Source: Deferribacterales bacterium
GTDB lineage: Bacteria > Chrysiogenota > Deferribacteres > Deferribacterales > Geovibrionaceae
DNA: 64,000 bases
Reading direction: 5' to 3'
NCBI GenBank assembly: GCA_050251875.1
Contig: JBFWMA010000002.1
Location: 374,606 to 438,605, forward strand
The position numbers and the translations under genes were made by a program. Shown here one piece after another: positions 1 to 11,490 of this stretch (position 1 is the first letter of the stretch; each line of letters starts with the position of its first letter). The notes below the pieces were generated by a model. It was not told where the DNA came from, did not search any database, and was given only the letters and a program-made list of their open reading frames with translations.

Positions 1-577
1 GAGCGCCTGACGGGTGATAGATAGCGAAATCCTCTTTGCTGAAACCTCTCTTCTCCAGCAGAGCCACGCTCAGTGCGTCACCCAGAGCCAGAGCAACAGT
101 GGTGCTGGCTGTGGGGGCAAGGTTCAGCGGGCAGGCCTCTTTCTCCACCACGGCGTCCAGAACACAGTCGCTTCTGACTGCCAGTGTGGAATTGATCCTT
201 CCCACTATGGATATGAGAGGAATATTGAATCTTTTTATTATAGGGAGCAGTTTGACAATCTCCGCTGTCTCTCCGCTGTTGGAGAGAGCTATGCAGACAT
301 CGCCCTTAACTATCATCCCAAGATCGCCGTGAACACCCTCCGCAGGGTGCAGAAAGAGCGAAGGCGTGCCTGTGCTGGACATGGTGGCGGCTATCTTTCT
401 GGCGATTATGCCGCTTTTGCCCATACCGGTGACTATCACACGACCTTTGCACGCCAGAAGGAGATCGACAGCCTTTTCGAAATGTTCGTCCAGCCTGTCC
501 ATAACGCCCTTCATGGCGTCTATTTCAATCTGTATTGTGTTTCTGCCTATTTGCAGGGTGTCTTCTGTCTCACTCAC
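1..577 (-). CDS. kdsD: Arabinose-5-phosphate isomerase, KpsF/GutQ family (partial, runs off the left edge of the window)
   Basis: Not in the ORF track. Manual translation from GTG at 577 gives [23 protein letters not shown]...[43 protein letters not shown], the SIS-domain signature. Overlaps the pyrG stop. Confidence 0.93.
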   Translation of the reverse strand, partial: MSETEDTLQIGRNTIQIEIDAMKGVMDRLDEHFEKAVDLLLACKGRVIVTGMGKSGIIARKIAATMSSTGTPSLFLHPAEGVHGDLGMIVKGDVCIALSNSGETAEIVKLLPIIKRFNIPLISIVGRINSTLAVRSDCVLDAVVEKEACPLNLAPTASTTVALALGDALSVALLEKRGFSKEDFAIYHPSGA

Positions 578-2201
578 TTGCTATATCACCGCCGTTTTCT
601 CTGTCCTTCTTATAAGCGTACGCTGCCTTCACAAACGCTGTGAAGAGAGGGTGCGGCTTCATGGGTTTGGACTTGAACTCGGGGTGGAACTGACATCCGA
701 GGAACCATCTGTGTGATTTTGACTCGAAAATTTCCGCCAGTCCTCTTTCAGAGTTAACTCCGGTCATCTTCAGACCGTTTTTAGTGAACTCGTCCATGTA
801 TGCGTTGTTGAACTCCAGTCTGTGTCTGTGGCGTTCAGATATCTCTTTCTGTCCGTATGCCTGATAGGCTGTGCTGTCTTCGTCCAGTGTGCATGAATAA
901 GCGCCCAGACGCATTGTGCCGCCCATCTGTGTGATGTTTTTCTGCTCGTTCATGTAGTCGATGACAGGGTAAGGTGTGCTGGGACAGAACTCCACGCTGT
1001 GCGCCTTGTCCATTTTCAGCACGTTTCTGGCGAACTCTATTATGATACACTGGAGACCGAGGCATATGCCGAAGAAAGGGATGTCCTTTGTTCTGGCAAA
1101 GTTGACGGCAACTATCTTGCCCTCAACGCCTCTTTCACCGAAACCGCCTGGGATGAGGATACCGTCCACATCATCCAGATAAGCGTCAGGCTTAGCGCCG
1201 TTTTCCAGTTTTTCAGCGTCTATGCGTTTTATGTTTACTTTCAGCTTGTTAGCTATTCCGCCGTGGATCAGCGCTTCGTTGATACTGATATAGGCGTCTT
1301 TCAGATCGATATATTTTCCAACCATACCGATGGTTACTTCGTCTTCAGGTTTTTTGATACGCTGAACGATCTCTTCCCACTGGCTGGTATCGGATTCACG
1401 CTCTTCCATTCTCAGCTTTTTCAGCACCAGACGGTCTATGCCCTCTTTGTGCATTTTCAGAGGTGACTCATAGATGGTGCTTACGTCTATGGCGTTGATA
1501 ACAAAGTCTTTTGATACATTACAGAAAAGACCGATCTTGCTTCTGATGGAATCGTCCAGAGGATATTCGGAACGGCAGACCAGTATGTCCGGCTGGATTC
1601 CGATCTCTCTCAGAGCTTTCACAGAGTGCTGTGTGGGTTTTGTTTTCAGCTCTCCGGCGCTTCTGATATAGGGTACGAGTGTCAGATGCATGTAGCATAC
1701 GTTGTCCTCTCCGGCATCGAACTTGAACTGTCTGATAGCCTCAAGGAAAGGAAGCGACTCTATGTCGCCCACTGTACCGCCGATCTCTACGATGATGATA
1801 TCGTATTTGTCGGCTTCTTTATATATATTGTTCTTGATCTCATCTGTGATGTGGGGGATGACCTGAACGGTACCGCCGAGGTAGTCGCCGTTACGTTCTT
1901 TGTCTATTACAGTTTTATAGATTTTTCCGGTGGTAACGTTGCTCACCTTGCTTGTGTTGAAGTTGAGGAAACGCTCATAATGTCCGAGGTCGAGATCCGC
2001 CTCAGCTCCGTCCTCAGTCACAAACACCTCTCCGTGCTGAAAGGGGCTCATTGTGCCCGGGTCAACGTTCAGATAGGGGTCATATTTTTTAATGGCTACT
2101 TTATAGCCTCTGGATTCCAGAAGCGCTCCGAGAGACGCCGCTGTGATCCCTTTTCCCAGTGATGATAAAACTCCTCCGGTCGTAAATACAAACTTTGCCA
2201 T
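570..2201 (-). CDS. pyrG: CTP synthase
   Basis: [29 protein letters not shown] and FHPEF motifs. Confidence 0.99.
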   Translation of the reverse strand: MAKFVFTTGGVLSSLGKGITAASLGALLESRGYKVAIKKYDPYLNVDPGTMSPFQHGEVFVTEDGAEADLDLGHYERFLNFNTSKVSNVTTGKIYKTVIDKERNGDYLGGTVQVIPHITDEIKNNIYKEADKYDIIIVEIGGTVGDIESLPFLEAIRQFKFDAGEDNVCYMHLTLVPYIRSAGELKTKPTQHSVKALREIGIQPDILVCRSEYPLDDSIRSKIGLFCNVSKDFVINAIDVSTIYESPLKMHKEGIDRLVLKKLRMEERESDTSQWEEIVQRIKKPEDEVTIGMVGKYIDLKDAYISINEALIHGGIANKLKVNIKRIDAEKLENGAKPDAYLDDVDGILIPGGFGERGVEGKIVAVNFARTKDIPFFGICLGLQCIIIEFARNVLKMDKAHSVEFCPSTPYPVIDYMNEQKNITQMGGTMRLGAYSCTLDEDSTAYQAYGQKEISERHRHRLEFNNAYMDEFTKNGLKMTGVNSERGLAEIFESKSHRWFLGCQFHPEFKSKPMKPHPLFTAFVKAAYAYKKDRENGGDIASE

Positions 2202-2929
2202 CAGTCATTCCTGCCCATTATTTCTTCTGCTTTTTTAAGGTCTTCTTCGGTGTCCACGGACACCGGCTTATAGTCGGTCTTTAAAACTTTTATCTTAACG
2301 CCGTTTTCCAGAGCTCTGAGCTGTTCCAGCTTCTCGGCATTCTCCATGTCGGATACTTCCATCTGAGAAAACTGCATCAGCCAGCTTTTGCGGAAACCGT
2401 ATATTCCTATGTGTTTATAATATGTTACGCCGCCCTTTCCGTCTCTGTCATAAGGAATAGGCAACCTAGAAAAGTACAGCGCAAAACCGTTTTTGTCCAG
2501 TACAACCTTGACGCTGTTCGGGTCTTTTACGTCTTCACCCTCGGAAAACGTACAGGCGGCTGTGTTCATCATCACTTCGGGATTATCCTTCAGATCTGTT
2601 ATCAGAGCGTTTATCAGCGCCGGATCAATAAAAGGCTCATCGCCCTGAACATTAATAATTATATCATCATTCACAAACTTTGCCACTCTGGCGACCCTGT
2701 CTGTGCCGGACTGTATATCATCGGCTGTCATGGTGCTTTCCAGCCCGTCCAGCCCTTCGCATATCTCCAGTATCTCTTTGGCGTCTGTCGCCACTATAAC
2801 CCTGTCTGCGCCGGCTTTCATACATTTCTCGGCGACTCGCAGAATCATGGGAACGCCTTTTATCTTTCTGATAGGCTTACCGGGAAGCCTGGTTGACGCC
2901 ATTCTGGCGGGAATCACAATCACACTCAT
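2201..2929 (-). CDS. kdsB: 3-deoxy-manno-octulosonate cytidylyltransferase
   Basis: [26 protein letters not shown] and [10 protein letters not shown] motifs. Confidence 0.97.
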   Translation of the reverse strand: MSVIVIPARMASTRLPGKPIRKIKGVPMILRVAEKCMKAGADRVIVATDAKEILEICEGLDGLESTMTADDIQSGTDRVARVAKFVNDDIIINVQGDEPFIDPALINALITDLKDNPEVMMNTAACTFSEGEDVKDPNSVKVVLDKNGFALYFSRLPIPYDRDGKGGVTYYKHIGIYGFRKSWLMQFSQMEVSDMENAEKLEQLRALENGVKIKVLKTDYKPVSVDTEEDLKKAEEIMGRND

Positions 2930-2932
2930 CTC

Positions 2933-3274
2933 TTACCCCTTTATTAAGCTGACAGCTATTGAATAGTTTCTGTCATGGGAAATACTTACCTCTATATCTT
3001 CTCTGCGTTCCGACCGGATATACACCTCCGGAGCGCCGTGCTCATCGTTCAATATCTCTATGTCTTTGAAGGCGAGTTTTCCTATCCCTGTCTTAAAACT
3101 CTTGGATATGGACTCTTTCGCCGCCCATCTGCCAGCCAGAAACTGCAAACTGCCGTTTCTGCGGCGGAATATCTCAAGCTCTCTGTCCGTCAGCACTCTG
3201 CCCAGAAATCTTTCGCCCATTTTTTCATAGGCGGACTGTATTCTGGCGGTTTCTATAATATCACAGCCCAGCAT
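2933..3274 (-). CDS. acpS: Holo-[acyl-carrier-protein] synthase
   Basis: [15 protein letters not shown] and VSISH motifs. Confidence 0.96.
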   Translation of the reverse strand: MLGCDIIETARIQSAYEKMGERFLGRVLTDRELEIFRRRNGSLQFLAGRWAAKESISKSFKTGIGKLAFKDIEILNDEHGAPEVYIRSERREDIEVSISHDRNYSIAVSLIKG

Positions 3275-3995
3275 CCATCAATGCCCTGTGAATGATCTCT
3301 TTCATCTCTCTGACTGCTCTCTCCAGCCCCACCAGAACAGCTCTGGCTATGATGGAATGTCCGATATTAACCTCGTTCATCCCCGGGATGGTGACTATCT
3401 CGCCAACGTTGGTGTAGTTCAGCCCGTGACCGGAATTAAGCACCAGTCCCAGTTCACGGCATTTCTCTCCGGCAAAAATTATTCTGGAGAGTTCCTCACG
3501 TCTGGCGGCGCCTGTGGTGTCGGCATATCTGCCTGTGTGGATCTCCACGGCGTCAGCGCCTGTGTCGGCGGATTTTTCTATCTGGTCAACCTCAGGGTCG
3601 ACAAAGAGGCTCACAAATATCCCTGCGTCCCTGAGAGCGGCTATTCTGTCTGACATAGAGTCAAAATTGCCCGCAACGTCCAGACCGCCTTCGGTTGTCA
3701 GTTCCTGTCTCTTTTCAGGCACCAGAGTAACCATATCGGGTTTTTCACGCAGAGCGATCTTCACCATCTCGTCTGTGCATGCCATCTCCAGATTCAGTCT
3801 GGTTTTAACAGTCTGGCGCAGGATAGTCAGATCTCTGTCGTTGATGTGGCGTCTGTCCTCTCTGAGGTGAATGGTTATCTGGTCGGCTCCGCCCAGCTCC
3901 GCCATAACGGCGGCATGCACGGGATCAGGCTCCACAGTCAGCCTTGCCTGGCGGACAGTGGCAACGTGATCTATGTTTACTCCGAGTCTTACCAT
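3261..3995 (-). CDS. pdxJ: Pyridoxine 5'-phosphate synthase
   Basis: [24 protein letters not shown] and GHGL motifs. Confidence 0.98.
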   Translation of the reverse strand: MVRLGVNIDHVATVRQARLTVEPDPVHAAVMAELGGADQITIHLREDRRHINDRDLTILRQTVKTRLNLEMACTDEMVKIALREKPDMVTLVPEKRQELTTEGGLDVAGNFDSMSDRIAALRDAGIFVSLFVDPEVDQIEKSADTGADAVEIHTGRYADTTGAARREELSRIIFAGEKCRELGLVLNSGHGLNYTNVGEIVTIPGMNEVNIGHSIIARAVLVGLERAVREMKEIIHRALMDAGL

Positions 3996-3996
3996 T

Positions 3997-5361
3997 TTAT
4001 GAAAGCTCCTCTATCTCTTTTAAGGCTGTCTGCCCGATGTTTTCAGCGTATTCCTCTATCTTCGCTATGTCGGCGCCTTCCAGCATCACCCGAAGTTTGT
4101 TTTCTGTGCCTGAATAGCGCACGAACACCCTGCCCGTCTTGCCCAGTGTTTTTTCCACAGCGGCAATCTCGGCAGATGTCTTAGGAAGTTCTGACAGAGG
4201 TATTTTATTCTTAACTTTATAGTTTTTCAGTGTCTGAGGATACAGTTCAATTATCTTTTTCAGCTCGCTAAGGGGTTTGCCTGTGGAGACCACAACTTTC
4301 AGAAGCTGCATGGCGCTCACCATTCCGTCTCCGGTGGTGTTGTAATCGCTGAATATTATGTGTCCGGACTGCTCGCCGCCCAGGTTATAGCCGCTTTTGA
4401 GCATTTCAGCCATCACATATCTGTCGCCCACTTCGGTGCGCACAACGTCTATGCCCATGCCGTTCATGGAGCGCTCGAAGCCGAGGTTGCTCATCACAGT
4501 GCTCACCATGGTGTTTTTGCTGAGCTGTCCCTTTTCTTTCATATATTTAGCGCATATACCCATGATGATGTCGCCGTCAACTATCTCTCCGTTTTCATCA
4601 GAGAAGATAACCCTGTCGCCGTCACCGTCAAAGGAGATGCCCATATCTGCTTTTTTTTCTATCACTTTGGCGCACATAGACTCCGGATATACCGATCCGC
4701 ATCCTTCGTTTATGTTTGTTCCGTTAGGTTCATTGCCTATCACGGAGATTTTCGCTCCAAGCTCTTCGAAAGACAGGGGGGCAACTTTATATGTAGCGCC
4801 GTTTGAACAGTCCACCACCAGACGCAGACCCATCAGGTCAATCTCTTTGTCAAAAGTGTTTTTGGCAAACTCGACATACCTGCCGATAGCGGTGTCGATT
4901 CTGTATGCCTTGCCTATTCTGTCTGTGGATATGGATACTTTTCCGCTCTCTATCAGCTCTTCGGTATACTGCTCGATCTCCAGCTCCACTTCGTCAGGCA
5001 GTTTATACCCGTCACCGGAGAAGAATTTGATTCCGTTGTCATGATATGGATTATGAGAAGCGGAGATAACTACACCGGCATCCGCCCGGAGGCTTCTGGT
5101 GATGAAAGCTATCGCCGGAGTAGGCAGAACGCCCACCAGCACGGCATCCAGACCCATGGATGTGATGCCTGCCACCAGAGCGGATTCGAACATGTATCCG
5201 GATATTCTGGTGTCTTTGCCTATGACTATTCTGTGTACCTTTTTTCCGCCTTTATAAAACTGTCTGGCAGCCGCCTGACCTAAACGCAGAGCAAATGTGG
5301 CTGTCATGGGGAATTCGTTAGCGAGTCCTCTGACGCCGTCTGTTCCGAAATATTTTCTCAT
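3997..5361 (-). CDS. glmM: Phosphoglucosamine mutase
   Basis: [28 protein letters not shown] and RYSGTE motifs. Confidence 0.98.
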   Translation of the reverse strand: MRKYFGTDGVRGLANEFPMTATFALRLGQAAARQFYKGGKKVHRIVIGKDTRISGYMFESALVAGITSMGLDAVLVGVLPTPAIAFITRSLRADAGVVISASHNPYHDNGIKFFSGDGYKLPDEVELEIEQYTEELIESGKVSISTDRIGKAYRIDTAIGRYVEFAKNTFDKEIDLMGLRLVVDCSNGATYKVAPLSFEELGAKISVIGNEPNGTNINEGCGSVYPESMCAKVIEKKADMGISFDGDGDRVIFSDENGEIVDGDIIMGICAKYMKEKGQLSKNTMVSTVMSNLGFERSMNGMGIDVVRTEVGDRYVMAEMLKSGYNLGGEQSGHIIFSDYNTTGDGMVSAMQLLKVVVSTGKPLSELKKIIELYPQTLKNYKVKNKIPLSELPKTSAEIAAVEKTLGKTGRVFVRYSGTENKLRVMLEGADIAKIEEYAENIGQTALKEIEELS

Positions 5362-6260
5362 TGTCTGACCTCAACCCTTACCTTCGCAGGTTCCGTATCA
5401 AGCACTTTTATAATGGAAGATTCCTTGAAATAGATTTTCTTTTTATATGTGCCTGACGCGATAATTCCTGTTAAGTCCACATGCGGGTTGAGTATGTTCG
5501 CTATGCTTCTGGGGTTCAGCAGGTCTGCCCTGCCTTTCACATTAAGATTGATGGTGTCGTCCACGGATACTATAAGCCCCTCTTCGACACCTGACGCCGT
5601 GACGGGGATGTTCTCCACCGTTTTTTCGATTATATCTTCCTTAAAGCCGACAACGACTTCTACCTGTTCAGGTTTATAGTCCTGCACGCCTTCGAAGAAT
5701 TTCAGTCCGATACTGTATGTTATCTTGTCTTTTTTTCCTGTAAGGTTAACGGGCATGGTCTCCAGAGAGTTGACGCCTTTTATCTTAGACTTGGCGGCGT
5801 TTACCTCCACCACTTCGGGTGAGACCACAACAGAACCGACTTTGTATCCCTCCGCCGGCTCGCCTATGAACGAGGGAGTGACCTTCATCTTCTTTTTAAT
5901 AAGTGAATCCACTGTAATATCAATAGATTTCGGTTCGATGTCGGTGACCTGAATACCGGCGGGGATCTGCACATCGTCAGAGGTTATCACTCTGCTGTTT
6001 GCCCCCTGTCCCATGTTGGAAACGTCTATGGATATCTGTACTTTGTTAAGCTGTTTCTCTTTTATCAGAGATTTAGGTCCTTTCGCCAGCACGTTCACCA
6101 GATTTTCAGCGGTAACGGCGACATATCCTTCCGGAATGTTAGTCAGTTTCACCGGGACATAGAGAGACACTTCCTGAAACTCTCCCGTCACCAGATATAC
6201 CCAAAGACAAACAGCTATGATAGCGCTTAATATTTTCAGGTGAAGATTAGTTATTATCAT
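5358..6260 (-). CDS. cdaR: YbbR/CdaR-like diadenylate cyclase regulator
   Basis: N-terminal TM (KILSAIIAVCLWVYLV) followed by repeated YbbR-like beta domains; lies between cdaA and glmM. Confidence 0.88.
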   Translation of the reverse strand: MIITNLHLKILSAIIAVCLWVYLVTGEFQEVSLYVPVKLTNIPEGYVAVTAENLVNVLAKGPKSLIKEKQLNKVQISIDVSNMGQGANSRVITSDDVQIPAGIQVTDIEPKSIDITVDSLIKKKMKVTPSFIGEPAEGYKVGSVVVSPEVVEVNAAKSKIKGVNSLETMPVNLTGKKDKITYSIGLKFFEGVQDYKPEQVEVVVGFKEDIIEKTVENIPVTASGVEEGLIVSVDDTINLNVKGRADLLNPRSIANILNPHVDLTGIIASGTYKKKIYFKESSIIKVLDTEPAKVRVEVRQ

Positions 6261-7032
6261 TTTTCACCGTGCTTTTTGAAGGTTTTGCGAAGATGCTGTC
6301 CAGCACCTCACGCAGTTTTTCAGCGTTCAGTTCATCGCTCAGCTCACCGTTCTGCGCCACGGTTATAGAACCTTTTTCCTCGGAAACGGCTATGGCTATG
6401 GCGTCTGTCTCTTCTGTAACGCCCACGGCAGCCCTGTGACGGGTTCCATAGTTTTTGCCCAGCTCTGTCTTTCTGGTGAGAGGCAGAATACTTCCGGCGG
6501 TGGATATGCGTCCGTTTGAAATGATGACGGCGCCGTCATGCAGAGGCGAATAAGGGATGAAAAGACTTATTAGCATCTCTCTGGATATGATACAGTCCAG
6601 CTTCTGACCTGTGTCGTCCAGAAAGTGTTCGAGATCGGTATTTCTCTGGAGCACTATAAGCGCCCCTATCTGTCTGTTAGCGAGTATTGTGGCGGCTTTT
6701 ACTATCTCGTCCAGAATGACGGATTTTGCCTTCGCCTGCGACCCGAATACTTTTGTCTCGCCGATGAAAGCAAGCGCCCGCCTTATCTCCTGCTGAAAAA
6801 GCACAACGATGATGATAAAGATGTATCCGGTGAAGTTATCCAGAACCCAGCTTGTGGTTTTCAGCCCTAAGTATCTGGCGGCAAAGGAGAGAATGATTAT
6901 CAGAATGATTCCGATGAGCATGGGGAGGGCTCTGGTGCCCTTAATCAGAAGGAGGATATTGTAGATGACCGCCGCTATTATCAGCATATCCACAATGTCA
7001 AAAACGCCGATATTCCTGATTATTTCAAACAC
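6247..7032 (-). CDS. cdaA: Diadenylate cyclase CdaA (membrane-anchored DAC domain)
   Basis: Three N-terminal TM helices, catalytic PLHDGA and GTRHRAA motifs. Confidence 0.96.
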   Translation of the reverse strand: MFEIIRNIGVFDIVDMLIIAAVIYNILLLIKGTRALPMLIGIILIIILSFAARYLGLKTTSWVLDNFTGYIFIIIVVLFQQEIRRALAFIGETKVFGSQAKAKSVILDEIVKAATILANRQIGALIVLQRNTDLEHFLDDTGQKLDCIISREMLISLFIPYSPLHDGAVIISNGRISTAGSILPLTRKTELGKNYGTRHRAAVGVTEETDAIAIAVSEEKGSITVAQNGELSDELNAEKLREVLDSIFAKPSKSTVKNDNN

Positions 7033-7871
7033 TTCCCACCTGCGCCCGAAAACATTTTAAAAACTTTCAGCATGTCCCGTGACTCGTCTATGTCGTGTAC
7101 ACGGATGATATCTGCCCCCATAACGAGAGCCAGCGTATGAGCGGCTATACTGCCAGCCAGACGCTTGTCGGCGGGTTTGCCTGTCACAGCGCCAATCATG
7201 GATTTGCGTGACATTCCCGCCAGAACAGGAAAACCTTCAGCTTTAAGAAACTCAAGGTTAGCCAGTATCTTATAATTATCTTCCACAGTCTTTCCGAAGC
7301 CGAAACCCGGGTCGATACATATGGAAGAAGTCTTTATTCCAGCCTGAACACATCTGTCGGCGGCGTCATAGAGAAACTCTCTGACATCATCCAGCAGACT
7401 GTCATATACAGGGTTCGCCTGCATGGTTCTGGGCTCTCCAAGCATGTGCATTATGCACACGGAGCACCCGTAATCGGCGCAGACCCTTATCATGGCAGGG
7501 TCTCTGAACCCCGCCACATCGTTTATCATGTCGGCTCCGGCTTTCAGAGCCTCGTCAGCCACTCTGTATTTTGACGTGTCCACAGAGACATAGAGCCCGC
7601 TGACCGAGGCATGCGCCACAGCCGGAACGACCCTTCTGATCTCCTCTTCCTCGTCCACACCGTCAGAGCCCGGTCTTGTGGACTCGCCGCCTATATCGGC
7701 TATATCCACTCCGCATGCCAGAAACTCGTCAACCCTGCCGACTATCCCGTCCGCATGGTTGAACACTCCGCCATCGCTGAAAGAATCAGGCGTAACATTG
7801 AGAATCCCCATCAGAAGGGGATTCTCCAGTGAAAGATCTTTCTTATACGATGACAGTATCTGGTGTTTCAA
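7020..7871 (-). CDS. folP: Dihydropteroate synthase
   Basis: [29 protein letters not shown] and IRVHD motifs. Confidence 0.98.
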   Translation of the reverse strand: MKHQILSSYKKDLSLENPLLMGILNVTPDSFSDGGVFNHADGIVGRVDEFLACGVDIADIGGESTRPGSDGVDEEEEIRRVVPAVAHASVSGLYVSVDTSKYRVADEALKAGADMINDVAGFRDPAMIRVCADYGCSVCIMHMLGEPRTMQANPVYDSLLDDVREFLYDAADRCVQAGIKTSSICIDPGFGFGKTVEDNYKILANLEFLKAEGFPVLAGMSRKSMIGAVTGKPADKRLAGSIAAHTLALVMGADIIRVHDIDESRDMLKVFKMFSGAGGKCLK

Positions 7872-9681
7872 CGGTTTTATCTCCGCCCAGTTCGTCCATC
7901 AGCTTGTCTATCTCCGCTCCGTCTATGGTCTCTTTTTCCAGAAGCAGTTTAGCTGTGTGGTGCAGGAGATCTATATTGTCTTCCAGAATTCTTCTGGCTC
8001 TGTTATATCCGTCCATTACGAATGATTTAACTTCATCGTCAATCATGACGGCTGTGGTTTCGCTGTAATCTTTGGCATGTCCGATCTCTTTGCCCAGAAA
8101 TACCTGCTCATCCTTTTTGCCGTATGCCAGAGGTCCCATCTTCTTGCTCATACCCCAGCTGCATACCATCTTTCTGGCTATGTCGGAGGCTCTTTCGATG
8201 TCGTTTCCGGCTCCGGTGGAGAGTCTGCCGAAGATCACTTCCTCAGCCACACGTCCGCCCATCAGAACGGCGAGCATGCTGTCCATGTATTCTTTGGTAT
8301 ACATGTGTCTGTCGTCCACAGGGAGCTGCATGGTAACGCCCAGCGCCATTCCTCTGGGGATGATGCTCACTTTATGCACGGGGTCGGACTCAGGGATGAA
8401 TTTAGCCACGATGGCATGTCCCGCCTCGTGATAAGCCGTGTTCTCTTTCTCTTTGTCGCTGATAACCATGCTTCTGCGTTCTTTACCCATGATAACCTTG
8501 TCTTTGGCTTCTTCGAAATCCGCCATCTGAACAGATTCTTTGTTCTTTCTGGCAGCGACCAGAGCCGCTTCGTTAACAAGGTTGGCAAGCTCGGCTCCTG
8601 CGAATCCGGGTGTGCCTTTCGCTATCACTTCAAGATCTATGCCTTCGTCCATCTTCACTTTAGATGAGTGAACGTTCAGTATCTCAAGTCTTCCGTTCAT
8701 GTCGGGTCTGGGGACAACAACCTGACGGTCGAAACGTCCCGGTCTGAGCAGAGCGGGGTCAAGAACGTCCGGTCTGTTTGTGGCGGCTATCATGATAACG
8801 CCCTCGTTAGACTCGAAACCGTCCATCTCCACCAGAAGCTGGTTCAGTGTCTGCTCACGCTCATCGTGTCCGCCGCCGAGACCGGCGCCTCTGTGGCGTC
8901 CCACAGCGTCTATTTCATCCACGAAAATGATGCAGGGAGCGTTCTTCTTGCCCTGTTCGAAAAGGTCACGGACACGGGCAGCGCCCACACCCACGAACAT
9001 CTCTACAAAATCAGAACCGGATATGGAGAAGAAAGGTACTCCCGCCTCGCCCGCAACGGCTCTGGCAAGAAGAGTCTTACCTGTTCCGGGAGGTCCCACG
9101 AGCAGTACGCCCTTGGGTATCTTTCCGCCGAGTTTCTGAAATTTCTGAGCGTCTTTAAGGAAATCGATAATCTCTTCAAGCTCCTCTTTCGCCTCTTCTA
9201 TACCGGCCACATCCTTGAATGTGACCTTGTGCTGATCCTGTGTCAGCAGTTTCGCTTTTGATTTGCCGAAGCTGAAGGCTTTTCCGCCGCCTCCGCCCTG
9301 CATCTGACGCATAAAGAATATCCAGATACCGATCAGGATGATCATAGGCAGCCATGAAACCAGAACCTGCATGTACCAGGGGTTCTTGTCAGGCGGCATA
9401 GCGGTAATCTCCACCTTGTGGTCTCTGAGTATCTGTATCATGTTCATGTCGTTGTCGGGGGCATATGACTCGAACTGTCCGCCCTCGCCCAGCGTACCTG
9501 TAATTTTGTTCTGCTTCACAGTCACGGTTTTAACGTTGTTCGCCGTCACCTGGTTCATGAATTCAGAATAGCTGATATTTTTTCTGACTGTCTGCGTCCC
9601 GCTTATCACGTTGAACAGAAACACCATGATAAACGCTATAACAAGCCACAGTGCCAGATTCTTGTAAAATCCGTTATTCAT
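7843..9681 (-). CDS. ftsH: ATP-dependent zinc metalloprotease FtsH
   Basis: Two TMs, [11 protein letters not shown] motif, HEAGH. Start taken at ATG 9681, downstream of GGAG. Confidence 0.99.
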   Translation of the reverse strand: MNNGFYKNLALWLVIAFIMVFLFNVISGTQTVRKNISYSEFMNQVTANNVKTVTVKQNKITGTLGEGGQFESYAPDNDMNMIQILRDHKVEITAMPPDKNPWYMQVLVSWLPMIILIGIWIFFMRQMQGGGGGKAFSFGKSKAKLLTQDQHKVTFKDVAGIEEAKEELEEIIDFLKDAQKFQKLGGKIPKGVLLVGPPGTGKTLLARAVAGEAGVPFFSISGSDFVEMFVGVGAARVRDLFEQGKKNAPCIIFVDEIDAVGRHRGAGLGGGHDEREQTLNQLLVEMDGFESNEGVIMIAATNRPDVLDPALLRPGRFDRQVVVPRPDMNGRLEILNVHSSKVKMDEGIDLEVIAKGTPGFAGAELANLVNEAALVAARKNKESVQMADFEEAKDKVIMGKERRSMVISDKEKENTAYHEAGHAIVAKFIPESDPVHKVSIIPRGMALGVTMQLPVDDRHMYTKEYMDSMLAVLMGGRVAEEVIFGRLSTGAGNDIERASDIARKMVCSWGMSKKMGPLAYGKKDEQVFLGKEIGHAKDYSETTAVMIDDEVKSFVMDGYNRARRILEDNIDLLHHTAKLLLEKETIDGAEIDKLMDELGGDKTVETPDTVIV

Positions 9682-9692
9682 AATCACTCCAC

Positions 9693-10235
9693 TTAATCAC
9701 TTTTGGAGTCTGTAAACTCCACCGTGCATATATTTTTTAAATTTCTGTAATATCCGTCATAATCCAGTCCGTAGCCGACCACGAACTTGTCTTCAATCTC
9801 GAACCCTCTGTAGTCGAGGGATATGGGAGCCACTCTTCTTTCGGGCTTGTCCAGAAGCGCCACTATCTTCATGGTGGCGGGATTTCTGACGCTTAAAGTA
9901 TTTTTAAGATATGTCAGAGTGTTTCCCGTGTCCAGAATATCTTCGACAATAAGGACATTTACTCCTTCCAGAGGTCTGTCCAGATCGTATAAAAGTCTTA
10001 CGCTGCCTGTGGAGTCTGTGCCTTCATAGCTGGACACAGCCAGAAAAGCTATCTCCACGTTCACTCCGTCCATCTCACGCACGAGGTCGGACATAAAAAT
10101 GACAGACCCTTTCAGCACTCCGATGGCGAGCACATTTTCGCCTTTATAGTCATCGCTGATCTGTTTTCCGAGCTCTTTAACCCTCGCCCGGATAGTATCT
10201 TCGCTGATCATTTCTTTCAAAACATGAGGCTTCAA
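9693..10235 (-). CDS. hpt: Hypoxanthine phosphoribosyltransferase
   Basis: [17 protein letters not shown] motif and FVVGYGLDY. Start re-called at TTG 10235 behind an AGGAGAG SD. Confidence 0.96.
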   Translation of the reverse strand: MKPHVLKEMISEDTIRARVKELGKQISDDYKGENVLAIGVLKGSVIFMSDLVREMDGVNVEIAFLAVSSYEGTDSTGSVRLLYDLDRPLEGVNVLIVEDILDTGNTLTYLKNTLSVRNPATMKIVALLDKPERRVAPISLDYRGFEIEDKFVVGYGLDYDGYYRNLKNICTVEFTDSKSD

Positions 10236-10260
10236 CTTCCCTCTCCTTTGAATCCCGTTT

Positions 10261-11490
10261 TTAATTAAGTGATATAGTATCATCATGTGAGATATTTTCA
10301 ACCCATACGATACTATTTTTTTCAAGAATTATTAATGCTGTATCCCGTGTGTAAAGGTCAAGTTTTTTATCGATAAAAACATCTTTCAGTTTCTTGTTTC
10401 CCAGACGGTCTCCCACACGCCTGTTTCTGACTGTCAGCTCTCTGTCTGTCCAGTCTCCGAAGAAGCTAAGCGACTTTCCCAGATGGGTAATTTTCACTGC
10501 GTTCTGTCCGGCGGGCTTTGTCACCTCGAAATGAGCTATGTTTCTGGAATGAAACAGCCTGATAAACTTATCGCTCTTCTCGAACTTATAATTATCCGGC
10601 AGATCCACACGCACGGAATAATCGTTCTCCATGAGCTTCATCATCTCTGTCAGGTGCCTGCGTTCGAAACGGAAACATGATGACCCCATGTAGTGCAGGA
10701 GGTATTCTTTCTCTATTTCTTCCAGTTTTTCAAACGATCTTGTCTTTACCGCCATTACGTTATTGGCTTCTATTGTCACCATAGGTTTAAGTTTATTCGA
10801 TAAATAATTGTTAAACCTGCTGGAATCTTCTAAAATAGCTGTAATATTATCTTCGTATCCCTGTCTGAACTCCGCCAGTTTCTCCGTGATATTTTTTCTC
10901 ACGAAGTTTCTCAGGTAGTGCTCGTCACTGTTGGTTTCATCAAAGACATGAGAAACATCGCATTTGTTCAGATATTCCACCACTTCATCGGTAGAAATAT
11001 CCAGCATCAGCCTGCGCACCTTGCCGTCCTGGGGGCTGATTCCTCTGAGAGAAAAGACCGAAGCGCCCTGCACAGCCTGAATGAAGAAGGTCTCCACCAG
11101 ATCGTTTCTGGTGTGCGCAGTCAGAATCATGTCACTGCCGAAATGATCCGCCGCCGCCTCCAGAGCTCTGTATCTGATAACTCTGGCGCCGTGCTCGAAG
11201 CTCATCTTCTTAACGGCGCAGTACCTCGGCACATCGCATTTATATGAGATAAAAGGAATATCCAGCTTTTCGCAGAGATCTGAGCAGAATTTCTCGTCCC
11301 AGTCGGCACGTTTGCGGAACATATGGTTAACATGACACGCAGACAGGCTGTAACTCTTTATCCCCTGATTTTTTTTAAGAAAATACAGCAGAGAGACAGA
11401 ATCTTTTCCGCCGGACAAGGCTATAAGCAGATTTTTTCCGTTCAGCTCACCCAGACGCGCGGAGAGTTTTTTCTCAAATGATAAAGTCAT
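10261..11490 (-). CDS. tilS: tRNA(Ile)-lysidine synthetase
   Basis: ALSGGKDS PP-loop, TAHTRND, DETN..RN motifs; tilS-hpt-ftsH synteny. Start re-called at ATG 11490. Confidence 0.95.
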   Translation of the reverse strand: MTLSFEKKLSARLGELNGKNLLIALSGGKDSVSLLYFLKKNQGIKSYSLSACHVNHMFRKRADWDEKFCSDLCEKLDIPFISYKCDVPRYCAVKKMSFEHGARVIRYRALEAAADHFGSDMILTAHTRNDLVETFFIQAVQGASVFSLRGISPQDGKVRRLMLDISTDEVVEYLNKCDVSHVFDETNSDEHYLRNFVRKNITEKLAEFRQGYEDNITAILEDSSRFNNYLSNKLKPMVTIEANNVMAVKTRSFEKLEEIEKEYLLHYMGSSCFRFERRHLTEMMKLMENDYSVRVDLPDNYKFEKSDKFIRLFHSRNIAHFEVTKPAGQNAVKITHLGKSLSFFGDWTDRELTVRNRRVGDRLGNKKLKDVFIDKKLDLYTRDTALIILEKNSIVWVENISHDDTISLN

